Origin: a virus
IMG/VR virus record: IMGVR_UViG_3300048587_000983
DNA length: 64,000 nt
Strand: one strand, 5' to 3'
Position numbers and translations under genes: made by a program. Positions 1 to 7,976 of this stretch are shown in pieces. Each line of letters begins with the position of its first letter. The first letter of the stretch is position 1. The notes under the pieces were generated by a model. That model saw only the letters and a program-made list of their open reading frames with translations. It ran no database searches and was not told the origin of the DNA.

Positions 1-152
1 AATACATCCACACCAACGATCAGCAGTGGTACGGGCGCAGGCGTCAAAGAAGGCCCCAGCATATTGAAAGGCTTATAAACGAGGGCTATCCCGGGCTTTT
101 CGGCGACTATTTTGGGTACGACGACGATTGCGTAAATTTTATTCTGGAGCAG

Positions 153-1169
153 ATGGAAAGAAACGGCATCCCTATCAATGACGGTACGGTTTCGGTTGCG
201 AATTGTGGTGCCTACCAAGGCATTGGATTTGTAAGTTGGAGCGACCCTTACGTTCTTTTCACGAGGGGTCTTTCTGATGTGAAGATGGCAGACGACTGGC
301 ACGAGTGTACCTACCAGATCCCTAAACAAATGCCCAACGGCAGAACCATGATGATCGAGCCGGATTTCGATGAGGTGGAGGCTTTTTCGCTCGATATCGC
401 TCAGGGCGAATGGGCTTTCCGCGAGTTTCTGCGGCGTCCGTTTCTCGATCTTGAGCCAGCCCTCTACGGTTCCGGGCGCATCAAGGGCTATTCTAATGGA
501 GAGCCCATCTATGAGGTAACGCCTCACGCACTCCATGATATTGCGGTGGGCCTTGCAGACTGGACCACAAGGGAACTTTATGAGTGCGGTTACGATGAGA
601 TTCTGGGTGAGACGGAGTACCGTCTTTTGGAGCAAACCTGCTCTTATGTGCAGGAGGGTACGGGCAAGATCATCGTTGACTACGAACGCATCGATTTTCT
701 TTGTATATTTGCCGCCTGGGCCTCCTTTGTATGGGTCCTCAGCCCAAGGAGTCGCAGGTGGCGTTGTGAGCAGAGCGGGATCATCCACGCCGTCCATGAG
801 GAGGGCGAGGCGATCACGATCGGCATCACGGACGTCTTTGGCAGAAGCCAGTACCAAAAGTTCAGGCGTCCGGCTCAGAGCTGCTACCTGTGCGAAGTTG
901 AAAGCTGGTGCCTTACAACGATCTTTGCCGAAAATACATGGCTCCATATCTGCAATGCCTGCGACAGCCGCGGTCTTCCCGTAAGGCCACCGGCCAACTG
1001 CGGGGCAAAGCTTTGCCGCATGCCTCAGTGCAAGCACCATCCGTTCTTCATCTTCCCGACCGAAAGAAGACTTCACGAGTCGTTAAGGAAAGACGGCCTT
1101 CTTACCGCAAAAACCGGCCAAAACCCACTTCTTGCTGCGCGCCAGGCCGAGCAGAAACTTCTCCAGTAA
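153..1169 (+). CDS. Hypothetical protein with C-terminal Cys/His clusters (possible multi-Zn-binding)
   Basis: 338-aa ORF; C-terminus has CYLC, CNAC, C-x4-C-x4-C-x-HH; no recognised family. Confidence 0.7.
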   Translation: MERNGIPINDGTVSVANCGAYQGIGFVSWSDPYVLFTRGLSDVKMADDWHECTYQIPKQMPNGRTMMIEPDFDEVEAFSLDIAQGEWAFREFLRRPFLDLEPALYGSGRIKGYSNGEPIYEVTPHALHDIAVGLADWTTRELYECGYDEILGETEYRLLEQTCSYVQEGTGKIIVDYERIDFLCIFAAWASFVWVLSPRSRRWRCEQSGIIHAVHEEGEAITIGITDVFGRSQYQKFRRPAQSCYLCEVESWCLTTIFAENTWLHICNACDSRGLPVRPPANCGAKLCRMPQCKHHPFFIFPTERRLHESLRKDGLLTAKTGQNPLLAARQAEQKLLQ

Positions 1170-1222
1170 TTTCATAGGAAAGCCCCTTCGCCTCGTGGTA
1201 GTTTAGGCCTATATCCTGAGCA

Positions 1223-1657
1223 ATGGGGTTTTCCATGTCCGACACGAACAAGGTGTGGCTCAGCGGCGTTGCCGTGAGCCGCCCGTTTTTGTCCCGTCTT
1301 CCTGGCAAAGGCCTCCCCTTTTGCTGGTTCGAGCTTTTGGTCCGGGAGGACTACGTGAGCAAAGGGCAGCCGTCGAGCCGCGACATGCTCATCCGTGTCG
1401 AGGCTCTCGGCCAGCAGTCAGAGAAGGTCTTTGAAAAAGTCCACGAGGGGCAGCGCTATGAGGTCCACGGCTACCTGAGAAAGGGCGAGGACGGTGAAAT
1501 GCTCGTGAGAGCCTTCAACGTCCTTCCGGACCTTTCGGCCGAGGGTCGGGCCCACGAGGACGGTCTTCGAGCCGCCCTGGGCGTTTTGATGAAAAGCGTC
1601 GATGTAAAGTCGGCAGCCGAAAGCATTCGGCTTCTTTTTAACAATCCGAGGAGATGA
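1223..1657 (+). CDS. ssb: Single-stranded DNA-binding protein (SSB-type OB fold); probable start 1235
   Basis: NKVWLSG...F-x-L...IRVEALGQQSE...EGQRYEVHGYLR follows the SSB pattern (NkViLiG...v..wg..ae....kG..v.V.G.l). Confidence 0.7.
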   Translation: MGFSMSDTNKVWLSGVAVSRPFLSRLPGKGLPFCWFELLVREDYVSKGQPSSRDMLIRVEALGQQSEKVFEKVHEGQRYEVHGYLRKGEDGEMLVRAFNVLPDLSAEGRAHEDGLRAALGVLMKSVDVKSAAESIRLLFNNPRR

Positions 1658-1661
1658 AGCC

Positions 1662-2345
1662 ATGGATATGGCTCGCCATATAGACCTTTACTACAAATCC
1701 CTTGTTGAAGACTCGTTTGAGGGGTTTGCGGCGTTTGTGGACGCGCAAACCTTCGGGCTGGACACGGCAAGGGATCTTGTCAAGGGCAGCGCACATGGAG
1801 CCTGCAAGGCTATTAACGAAAGAGACGAGAGGGCCTACTGGGAGGCTATTGCGCAGCATCAGGCGATTTGTCTTGAGCTTCATAGGAGGTTTACAACAGA
1901 CCTTCTCGAAAAAAACCCGCTCGACGCATCCAATGTTTTTGATTTCATCCAGGAGCACGGCTGGCGGCGATTTCGCTTTACCGACCGCATCCTTCACATG
2001 GAGATGCGGATAGGTGAGGAGGACTGGCTTGTGAGCATCGTAGCGAACTACCTTCCCCATACGCTTGAAAAGCTTAAGGGGTTTAGCGGAATCTCCGAGC
2101 GGCACGTGACTCTGGACGCCCTTGAGATGGAGCGCCTGTTACTGTACGGCAACCCCAGGACGATCCATCTCGTGCTCCAGGAAAAGCTTGAAGGTTTTGC
2201 GGACAGCCGACACATTGTCACGGGCGAAGAGCACAACCCCCGCTTTGTCAAGATCTCGCTAAAGAATACGAACTCAAGCCTCCACGTAAGTGACTGGATT
2301 CTCCCTCTTAGGAGTCAGTATGGCGACGGAAAACGACTTCAATAG
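1662..2345 (+). CDS. Hypothetical protein
   Basis: 227-aa ORF tightly packed between ssb and the nuclease gene. Confidence 0.7.
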   Translation: MDMARHIDLYYKSLVEDSFEGFAAFVDAQTFGLDTARDLVKGSAHGACKAINERDERAYWEAIAQHQAICLELHRRFTTDLLEKNPLDASNVFDFIQEHGWRRFRFTDRILHMEMRIGEEDWLVSIVANYLPHTLEKLKGFSGISERHVTLDALEMERLLLYGNPRTIHLVLQEKLEGFADSRHIVTGEEHNPRFVKISLKNTNSSLHVSDWILPLRSQYGDGKRLQ

Positions 2346-2775
2346 CTACCTCTCCACTCACATCCGCCGTATGGGCAAGGCTTTCAAAGCCGTAAAGATC
2401 GCCGACAAGGTCAAGACGGGGATACCTGACTTTCTCGTGTTTCACGAGGGGCGGGCCGTCGCAATCGAGTGCAAGCACATAGCCGAGCTGCCTTCCGGCG
2501 AGCGTCTCGCTCTCAGACACCCGGTGTCGGGGCCGCAGAGGACCTTTCTCATCGCGCTCGGCTTTGCCGGCGTTCCGGGCTTTGTCGTAATTGCCTGCGC
2601 GGCGGACCGGACGATGACCATTGTCCCGGCGGCTTACGTGCCGCCGTCCGGCAACTGGACAAGAGAGGGGATTTTGGATGCTCGAAAGGCTTACGGCGTC
2701 TACCCTTACATGGAAGCTCAACGCATGATAAACGAGCTCTTTGAGGTAAAGGTGCCGTTAAGCCTTCCCGCGTAA
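2320..2775 (+). CDS. PD-(D/E)XK nuclease, VRR-NUC/Holliday-junction-resolvase-like
   Basis: TENDF...GIPDFLV...AIECK catalytic motif; AGGAG upstream of ATG 2320. Confidence 0.75.
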   Translation: MATENDFNSYLSTHIRRMGKAFKAVKIADKVKTGIPDFLVFHEGRAVAIECKHIAELPSGERLALRHPVSGPQRTFLIALGFAGVPGFVVIACAADRTMTIVPAAYVPPSGNWTREGILDARKAYGVYPYMEAQRMINELFEVKVPLSLPA

Positions 2776-2802
2776 AATTGGTGTTTTCACGGAGGACAAT
2801 CG

Positions 2803-3354
2803 TTGTCAAAATCAAAGAAGGGGATGTTACTCGACGAGTTTTTTGGAAAAGAGCATTCGAGTTCGTCCAGAAAGGCTTTGCTTCGAGAAATTTACGACAC
2901 GCCGAAAGAAGATGTGGAGCAGTTTTTCGAGGCCATCTCGCAAAACGTCTCCGAGGAACTTTTCCCGGGTGCCCCAAAGGAGTCGAGTCGCAAACTCATC
3001 TCGGGCAAGCCCGACGCCGTAAAAGGGCCGAAAAATCTCAGCCAGGAGGTTTCCGGCTTTGTCCGCATCTGGTCCGGCTGGCATGACGACGCCTTTGTCT
3101 GGCATATAGAGCCTGCCCAGATCCGGCGGCCATGGAAGGTTTCCGATCAGCACGTTATGTATGCCGTGGCACAAACCATGAATAAGGTCATCCCGAAACG
3201 CATCAAGGTCGATATCTGGAAGCCGCAGCGGGACTGGGAGATCAAGACCTTCACTTTCAAGGCGCAGGAGATTCGGCTCGAATGGTCGATCCAGGAGGAG
3301 GACCTTCAGCGGCTGACACGGTTGCTCTTTGAGGTGCTTGCGCCAATGGTGTAG
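2803..3354 (+). CDS. Hypothetical protein
   Basis: 183-aa ORF in same-strand gene chain, GGAGG upstream. Confidence 0.7.
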   Translation: MSKSKKGMLLDEFFGKEHSSSSRKALLREIYDTPKEDVEQFFEAISQNVSEELFPGAPKESSRKLISGKPDAVKGPKNLSQEVSGFVRIWSGWHDDAFVWHIEPAQIRRPWKVSDQHVMYAVAQTMNKVIPKRIKVDIWKPQRDWEIKTFTFKAQEIRLEWSIQEEDLQRLTRLLFEVLAPMV

Positions 3355-3355
3355 C

Positions 3356-3580
3356 ATGCTTCGATTTTTTTTAGTTCTCCCTCTGCTCCTTGCTGCCTGC
3401 AGTCACGCGTCGAGAGTCGATCGCCTCGAAAAAGAGGTGCGCTCTCTTAGGCTGCGACTCTCCGAACTCGAAACTGAATGGGCGCTTTACGATGCGACTC
3501 CTGGCAGAGAGCCCGACCCCCGGACCAAAGAGGGTCGTGAGCGCGCCGGACAAAAAAATGAGCGGAGAGCAAAAAGATGA
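3356..3580 (+). CDS. Small coiled-coil lipoprotein
   Basis: MLRFFLVLPLLLAAC signal peptide with LAAC lipobox followed by a heptad-like segment (RVDRLEKEVRSLRLRLSELE). Confidence 0.65.
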   Translation: MLRFFLVLPLLLAACSHASRVDRLEKEVRSLRLRLSELETEWALYDATPGREPDPRTKEGRERAGQKNERRAKR

Positions 3581-3777
3581 GTACAAATATTTCCAGTTGG
3601 AGTAGAAAAGACCTCGCCTCGTCAGGCGGCGGCGCTGAAGTCGGAAAAGCCCGTCAGTATTGGGTTTGGGGTGAATCCGGCAGGGGTTTATCCTTATTCC
3701 CGAACTCACAGAATGAAGGTCTCTTTGACTTTCGGTCATATAACCGGGAGCTTTCGGGGCAGGGCGGGGGCCCATGA
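3577..3777 (+). CDS. Hypothetical protein
   Basis: 66 aa; ATGA overlaps with both neighbours (translational coupling). Confidence 0.5.
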   Translation: MSTNISSWSRKDLASSGGGAEVGKARQYWVWGESGRGLSLFPNSQNEGLFDFRSYNRELSGQGGGP

Positions 3778-4043
3778 GGGGCGACGAAGGCGATCTGTCA
3801 GAGAAATCCCCCCGGCTGAGCGTCTTTCTCCTCCGCTCGCGCCTGCCGCCGAGGGAGGATCTGGAAAGACTGGCATCATATCTGCAAAAGGATTACCTGC
3901 GGCAGATAAACGACCCCGACAAGGTTCTTGGTATTCTTGCCGAAACGAGAGCTATGCTTTTGAGTATGGCAAAGGCTCTTGAGGGCTATGATTCCGTATT
4001 AGGAGGGATGGAGAATGATCACCCAAAGACGCAGAAGCCGTAG
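3774..4043 (+). CDS. Hypothetical helical protein
   Basis: 89 aa, ATGA-coupled. Confidence 0.6.
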   Translation: MRGDEGDLSEKSPRLSVFLLRSRLPPREDLERLASYLQKDYLRQINDPDKVLGILAETRAMLLSMAKALEGYDSVLGGMENDHPKTQKP

Positions 4044-4380
4044 GTGCCTCTCGGAGAACCGGGACATTGCCATAGAATGTCTCTCCTGCCAAAAGACTTT
4101 CTATGCGGTCGTGCCGCTCCTTTCCCACATCTGCCCGGACTGCCAACTGCAGCGTCCGAAGCGGCCGGAAAGATCGAAGTTTTCAGTCACCGAAGCCTTC
4201 GAGGGGCGGAGGGTTTTTATCGTAAAAAAATTCATGGAGGTTGGCGGAAAGCCCTACTGGCAGCATTATCATGAGGCTGACGATATCGAAAACGCAAGGA
4301 CGGTAATCCCTGAGGGCGCGCGGCGCTATAGCAAGGGGATCCTTGACCCGTCGGATGTCGTCGAAACCTGGATAGGCTGA
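4015..4380 (+). CDS. Zn-ribbon hypothetical protein (start uncertain)
   Basis: CLSC...CPDC pair. Confidence 0.55.
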   Translation: MITQRRRSRRCLSENRDIAIECLSCQKTFYAVVPLLSHICPDCQLQRPKRPERSKFSVTEAFEGRRVFIVKKFMEVGGKPYWQHYHEADDIENARTVIPEGARRYSKGILDPSDVVETWIG

Positions 4381-4388
4381 GGAAATCC

Positions 4389-4691
4389 ATGCTTTTTTTC
4401 AGAGGGCATCCCGTTCGGGTTCGCCAGGTCGTTGCCAATGCTGTGACCGCCGCCGGCATTCGGACTGGCTGGCAGAATATTCCCGTCCAGGACTCAGGCA
4501 GCCTTGAAATTGGCTTTTTCCAGATGAGGCCGGTGCACATCCATTTTGAAAGGCTCGGTGACACCCTCTGGCGAATTCAGGGCCCCGAGAACCCCTACCC
4601 GATCATTCACGGCTGGGCGCATGCCTACCCGTCCTGGCTAAGTCTTCTTCAGTCCGTCTCAGGGATCACGGTCCTAAATTCCGACGCATAG
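4389..4691 (+). CDS. Hypothetical protein
   Basis: 100 aa, GAGGA upstream. Confidence 0.6.
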   Translation: MLFFRGHPVRVRQVVANAVTAAGIRTGWQNIPVQDSGSLEIGFFQMRPVHIHFERLGDTLWRIQGPENPYPIIHGWAHAYPSWLSLLQSVSGITVLNSDA

Positions 4692-4746
4692 GGTTTTCCT
4701 TGAGATCCCGGTATAAGGATCCGGGTGAAATTTACCAAGGAGGACT

Positions 4747-5190
4747 ATGAGTGTGAATGACGACAGTTCCGGCCCCTCGCTCTCTATCCGGATTACAGCC
4801 AAGGGCACGCTTGAGTACCGAACAAAGGGCGATCACATGGTGATCATGCCGCCCCGGCAGCTTCTTGTCTGCCTTCACTGCGGCTACTGGCTCAAGCCTT
4901 TCCCTGAGTCCAACTGCGTATCGCTATCGGTCCGGATTTACTGCGCCATCTCCAAGGCTTTTAACGCCGACCACAAACACTGCAAGCCTTCCCCTGAAGG
5001 CCGCAGCACCTACATCATCCTGAAAAGGGAGTGGGACGATTTTATGGAGAGTTACCCGAAAGAGCGTGAGGAGTGGGAAAAGGACCACGAAACCAAATGG
5101 GAGCGGCGCGATTGGGGCAAAGAGTACGACGAGTGGTTTAATCTTCCGTTTAAAAAGAAAGGCGGGAAGAATGAAGGCATATCAGGGTAG
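4747..5190 (+). CDS. Hypothetical protein (CxxC, C/H ligands)
   Basis: 147 aa, AAGGAGG SD. Confidence 0.65.
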   Translation: MSVNDDSSGPSLSIRITAKGTLEYRTKGDHMVIMPPRQLLVCLHCGYWLKPFPESNCVSLSVRIYCAISKAFNADHKHCKPSPEGRSTYIILKREWDDFMESYPKEREEWEKDHETKWERRDWGKEYDEWFNLPFKKKGGKNEGISG

Positions 5191-5473
5191 TTTTCACATG
5201 GGCGGCATGAGCGAGCAGAAAAGGCCGTTCGCAGAGCTTCTGGAAGGGGAAACGCTGACCGTAAGGCAGCTCATCCACCACTGGAAAAATCCGGAAGAAG
5301 CCGTCCCCGGCCAGCCTCACATTGACAAGATGCGCCAGGAGATTCCGGCCCCGCCCGGCTACCGTTTCTCCGTGCTTTTCCTCGGGCGCCACCATGTGGA
5401 TGAGCCTTTTTCCGAGGAGGAAATTGAGAAGCGGCTTAACAGCCTCGGCTGGTTTCGCCGCGAGAATGGCTAA
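5171..5473 (+). CDS. Hypothetical protein
   Basis: 100 aa from ATG 5171, overlaps end of previous gene. Confidence 0.55.
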   Translation: MKAYQGSFHMGGMSEQKRPFAELLEGETLTVRQLIHHWKNPEEAVPGQPHIDKMRQEIPAPPGYRFSVLFLGRHHVDEPFSEEEIEKRLNSLGWFRRENG

Positions 5474-5474
5474 G

Positions 5475-5526
5475 TTGTAAAAAAACACCTCTTGCATTAG
5501 ACTGGCCCCTACACAATGGGGCCAGT
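5475..5526 (+). promoter_or_regulatory. Sigma70-like promoter overlapped by a perfect 9-bp inverted repeat (putative operator)
   Basis: TTGTAA(5475)-17 nt-TAGACT(5498); ACTGGCCCC(5501-5509)/GGGGCCAGT(5518-5526). Confidence 0.5.
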
Positions 5527-5568
5527 TCTCCCCCAAAATCAGATTTTCTTTAAATATCGGAGCAGCCC

Positions 5569-5970
5569 GTGAAGAAGAATACGGCGAAGAAAAACGAGGT
5601 CCCTGTTGACCATAACGCAAAATCAAACCAGGCGATTCAGCGCCAGCTGAAGCTTGTTGCCGGAAAGCTTTCCGAGCTTGACCAGCTTTCGAGTGAGCTC
5701 CGCACGCTTGTGGCGGATACTCAAAGCGCCCTGCGCCCTCCCCAAAAAGCCAAGTCTTCTGTTACGGGAAGACCTGAAAAAACCGAGACGCAGGTGACCG
5801 TCAACGAGCTGCAGGCCCTTCGTGAGCGGCGCTCGAAAAAGCTGAAGGCCGGGGTCGATGCCGAGAAAAAGGCAGCTCCCGTGAAAGCCGTACCCGCTGC
5901 TAAAGCCCAAAGCAAGGCCTTTAGCGTCAGTCGCCCGGCACAGCCTGCAAAGAAGAAAAAACCTGCTTGA
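5569..5970 (+). CDS. Lys/Ala/Pro-rich histone-H1-like basic protein with N-terminal coiled coil
   Basis: GTG start with GGAG SD; C-terminus KKAAPVKAVPAAKAQSK...PAKKKKPA. Confidence 0.65.
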   Translation: MKKNTAKKNEVPVDHNAKSNQAIQRQLKLVAGKLSELDQLSSELRTLVADTQSALRPPQKAKSSVTGRPEKTETQVTVNELQALRERRSKKLKAGVDAEKKAAPVKAVPAAKAQSKAFSVSRPAQPAKKKKPA

Positions 5971-6011
5971 TGTCCTTGTGATGGATAGATAAATTCTGAC
6001 CGCTGTTGGCG

Positions 6012-6043
6012 CCCGGCACAAATGTTGCCGGGTTTTTATTTTT
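6012..6043 (+). terminator. Rho-independent terminator
   Basis: CCCGGCA-caaatgt-TGCCGGG followed by TTTTTATTTTT. Confidence 0.85.
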
Positions 6044-6068
6044 AGGGCTTCTATGGTACTCTGGGTAG

Positions 6069-6148
6069 GCTCAGGGAGGGAAAAGTGGGAATCCGCCGAG
6101 GTCTCCGCGCCGAGGAGAAAGACGGTTCGACTCCGTCCCCTGGGCCCT
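6069..6148 (+). ncRNA. tRNA-like element with aberrant anticodon arm (pseudo-tRNA?)
   Basis: Acceptor CTCAGGG/CCCTGGG, D-arm GGA-AAAGTGGGAA-TCC, T-arm GACGG-TTCGACT-CCGTC; anticodon region non-canonical; no encoded CCA. Confidence 0.5.
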
Positions 6149-6220
6149 CAGAAATCCCGATCCCACGCCTGAGGGCTGGAGCTTCTGCTGTGCAGCGGCA
6201 ACGATGGCCCCGGTCGTGGC

Positions 6221-6565
6221 CTACTCCTTTTCCATCTTTTGGAGCTTATCGTAGTACGCCGGATCTTCCGTAAGATGATCCTTGGCGATCTCCTTGGCCA
6301 GCTCCGGGTCTGAGGTGTGCTCCCGCTCGACCTTCTGTCCCTTGCGAAGATCCTTTGCCGCAAATCCGCTGTCAGGCGCATTGTCCGCGAGCCCGCCCGG
6401 GATCTTGTCCTTGGCGGCCTTCTTCTCATTGTCGGTCTTCATAAGGTCTCTTTGCTGCGCCGCCTGCTGGGGAAGCTCTTTTTTGAGCTTTTGAAAAGCG
6501 TCGCTCTCGCTCAGAAACCCTGGGCGGCCCATTTTGCGTGCGTTCTGCCAAAATCCGCTTGTCAT
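6221..6565 (-). CDS. DUF5661-like protein
   Basis: GQKVEREHTSDPELAKEIAKDHLTEDPAYYDKLQKME is the hallmark motif; N-terminal SGFWQN is a degenerate tag. Confidence 0.75.
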   Translation of the reverse strand: MTSGFWQNARKMGRPGFLSESDAFQKLKKELPQQAAQQRDLMKTDNEKKAAKDKIPGGLADNAPDSGFAAKDLRKGQKVEREHTSDPELAKEIAKDHLTEDPAYYDKLQKMEKE

Positions 6566-7098
6566 GCTGCTCCTTTCCTAAACCCTCGCCAAAAGGCCTC
6601 TTTGAGACCCCCGGCAGGTTTTAAGGTTTCGTTTTCTTCCGAGAGGTTGAGGCTGTCGAGAAGGATATTGCGACCGAGCGGCACGTGAAGGTTGTCCCGG
6701 ATCTCCTTGGGGAGCCCGCCCGGCATCGGGATCCATTTCCAGCCGTGAACCTCGTCGTCGGGGTCGTTGCGCGTCGTAGTTCTGGGCAGGCGGTCCGAGC
6801 CAAAGAAGACCTTGAAGGCATGGATCTTGAGCTTTTCGCCGCCGGGCTTGGTCACGGTCTTTGATTTTATGTGAATGAGATCGTCCTCGCCGAGGCTTAT
6901 TCCGGCCTCCTCCTTCACCTCACGGATCGCTCCGTGGATCGGGGTTTCGCCGGGGTCGAGGTGGCCTCCTGGATTCGTCCAGCGACCGTTATCCTTTCTT
7001 TTGCCCATGAGGAGCTTTCTACCATCGACATCTATGATCCCGACAGTCGCCACCTCTTTCATGGCTCTTTTCTGAAAGCCTTCCCAGAAATCCCGCAT
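6562..7098 (-). CDS. NUDIX hydrolase carrying FWxGFxKxA tags at both termini
   Basis: Canonical Nudix box GGHLDPGETPIHGAIREVKEEAGI; N-term MRDFWEGFQKRA, C-term EAFWRGFRKGAA. Confidence 0.9.
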   Translation of the reverse strand: MRDFWEGFQKRAMKEVATVGIIDVDGRKLLMGKRKDNGRWTNPGGHLDPGETPIHGAIREVKEEAGISLGEDDLIHIKSKTVTKPGGEKLKIHAFKVFFGSDRLPRTTTRNDPDDEVHGWKWIPMPGGLPKEIRDNLHVPLGRNILLDSLNLSEENETLKPAGGLKEAFWRGFRKGAA

Positions 7099-7106
7099 GC
7101 CCTCTC

Positions 7107-7298
7107 CTATGGCCAGTAACGCTGCCAGGTATCCGGTGTAAACCCTTCCGAGAGTTCACGCGGATCCACCCGATAGGGTCGTGTTTTTTTCTCATCAATC
7201 GTCTTTTGCTCATCCTCCGCTTCCTGCAGCCAGAGTGCAAGAGGGTCTTCGGTGGCCTCGGCCGCCCGTTTTTTAAAGCCGGTCCAGAAGTCTTTCAT
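7107..7298 (-). CDS. Small tagged protein (putative virion cargo)
   Basis: MKDFWTGFKKRAA N-terminus; GAGG SD. Confidence 0.7.
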   Translation of the reverse strand: MKDFWTGFKKRAAEATEDPLALWLQEAEDEQKTIDEKKTRPYRVDPRELSEGFTPDTWQRYWP

Positions 7299-7305
7299 GC
7301 CTACC

Positions 7306-7599
7306 TCAAAATTTGGCGGGAGTCTGCGCTTGCGCCTCCAGTTCGGCCGAAATCAGATTTGCGGCTTTCAGGGCACCCTCGATACTCATATCCAGGACCT
7401 CGATTTCCAGTGAGACCTTGAGCGCCCTTAGCACCCCATCGGTCAGCGCGCGGGTAAGACCCTGCTCCCTTTGCGCGAGTTCCTGGCGTAAAGCGGAGCC
7501 CAGCGGTAAAAGGTCAAGTTCGATAAACAGGTCCGCGACGCCCACCGCGACGGCACCTTTGATTGCGGTCTTCAGCTTTTCAATATCGGACATCAACAT
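7306..7599 (-). CDS. Hypothetical helical protein
   Basis: 97 aa from ATG 7599, downstream of the hairpin at 7605-7643. Confidence 0.55.
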   Translation of the reverse strand: MLMSDIEKLKTAIKGAVAVGVADLFIELDLLPLGSALRQELAQREQGLTRALTDGVLRALKVSLEIEVLDMSIEGALKAANLISAELEAQAQTPAKF

Positions 7600-7604
7600 C
7601 CCCG

Positions 7605-7643
7605 AAAAGAAACCGCCTGACACGGGCTTGTCCCGGCAGGCGG
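7605..7643 (-). terminator. Rho-independent terminator/attenuator
   Basis: CCGCCTG...CAGGCGG stem with inner CGGG/CCCG, followed by TTTCTTTT on the minus strand. Confidence 0.65.
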
Positions 7644-7676
7644 CTTTGGTTGCGTCTTCCCATTTACCGGCGAGAC

Positions 7677-7976
7677 TCAGTAGTACGCGGCTTGTGCCCC
7701 ATACTGCATCGGAGTCTCGCTCGGCCTCGTCAGGGCATAGGTCCCCGCCGCTCCACCCGCAACGCCAGCTGCAAGAGCCCGCTGCGGGGTTTTCATGACG
7801 GCCTGCTGCCCTTTGGTCGCCATGGTTTTACCCTTGGCCACTGCCGATTGCATAACGGGACGTGCCTGCTGCCAGGCGGCCTGGGCTTTCGGCACCATGC
7901 GCTGAACAAAAGCCCGCCCTGCATTCATAAACGAGGCCTGTTTTTCAAAGCCTATCCAGAAAGACTCCATGATCAA
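7677..7976 (-). CDS. Small tagged Ala/Gly-rich protein (putative virion cargo/ejection protein)
   Basis: ESFWIGFEKQAS tag; ALAAGVAGGAAGTYAL hydrophobic Gly-zipper. Confidence 0.7.
   Translation of the reverse strand: MIMESFWIGFEKQASFMNAGRAFVQRMVPKAQAAWQQARPVMQSAVAKGKTMATKGQQAVMKTPQRALAAGVAGGAAGTYALTRPSETPMQYGAQAAYY

Noticed and set aside
6069-6148. Calling the element a functional tRNA-Gly(GCC) or tRNA-His
   Set aside because: Anticodon hairpin is displaced by 7 nt, lacks U33 and the Levitt pair, and the loop does not contain GTG; kept only as tRNA-like
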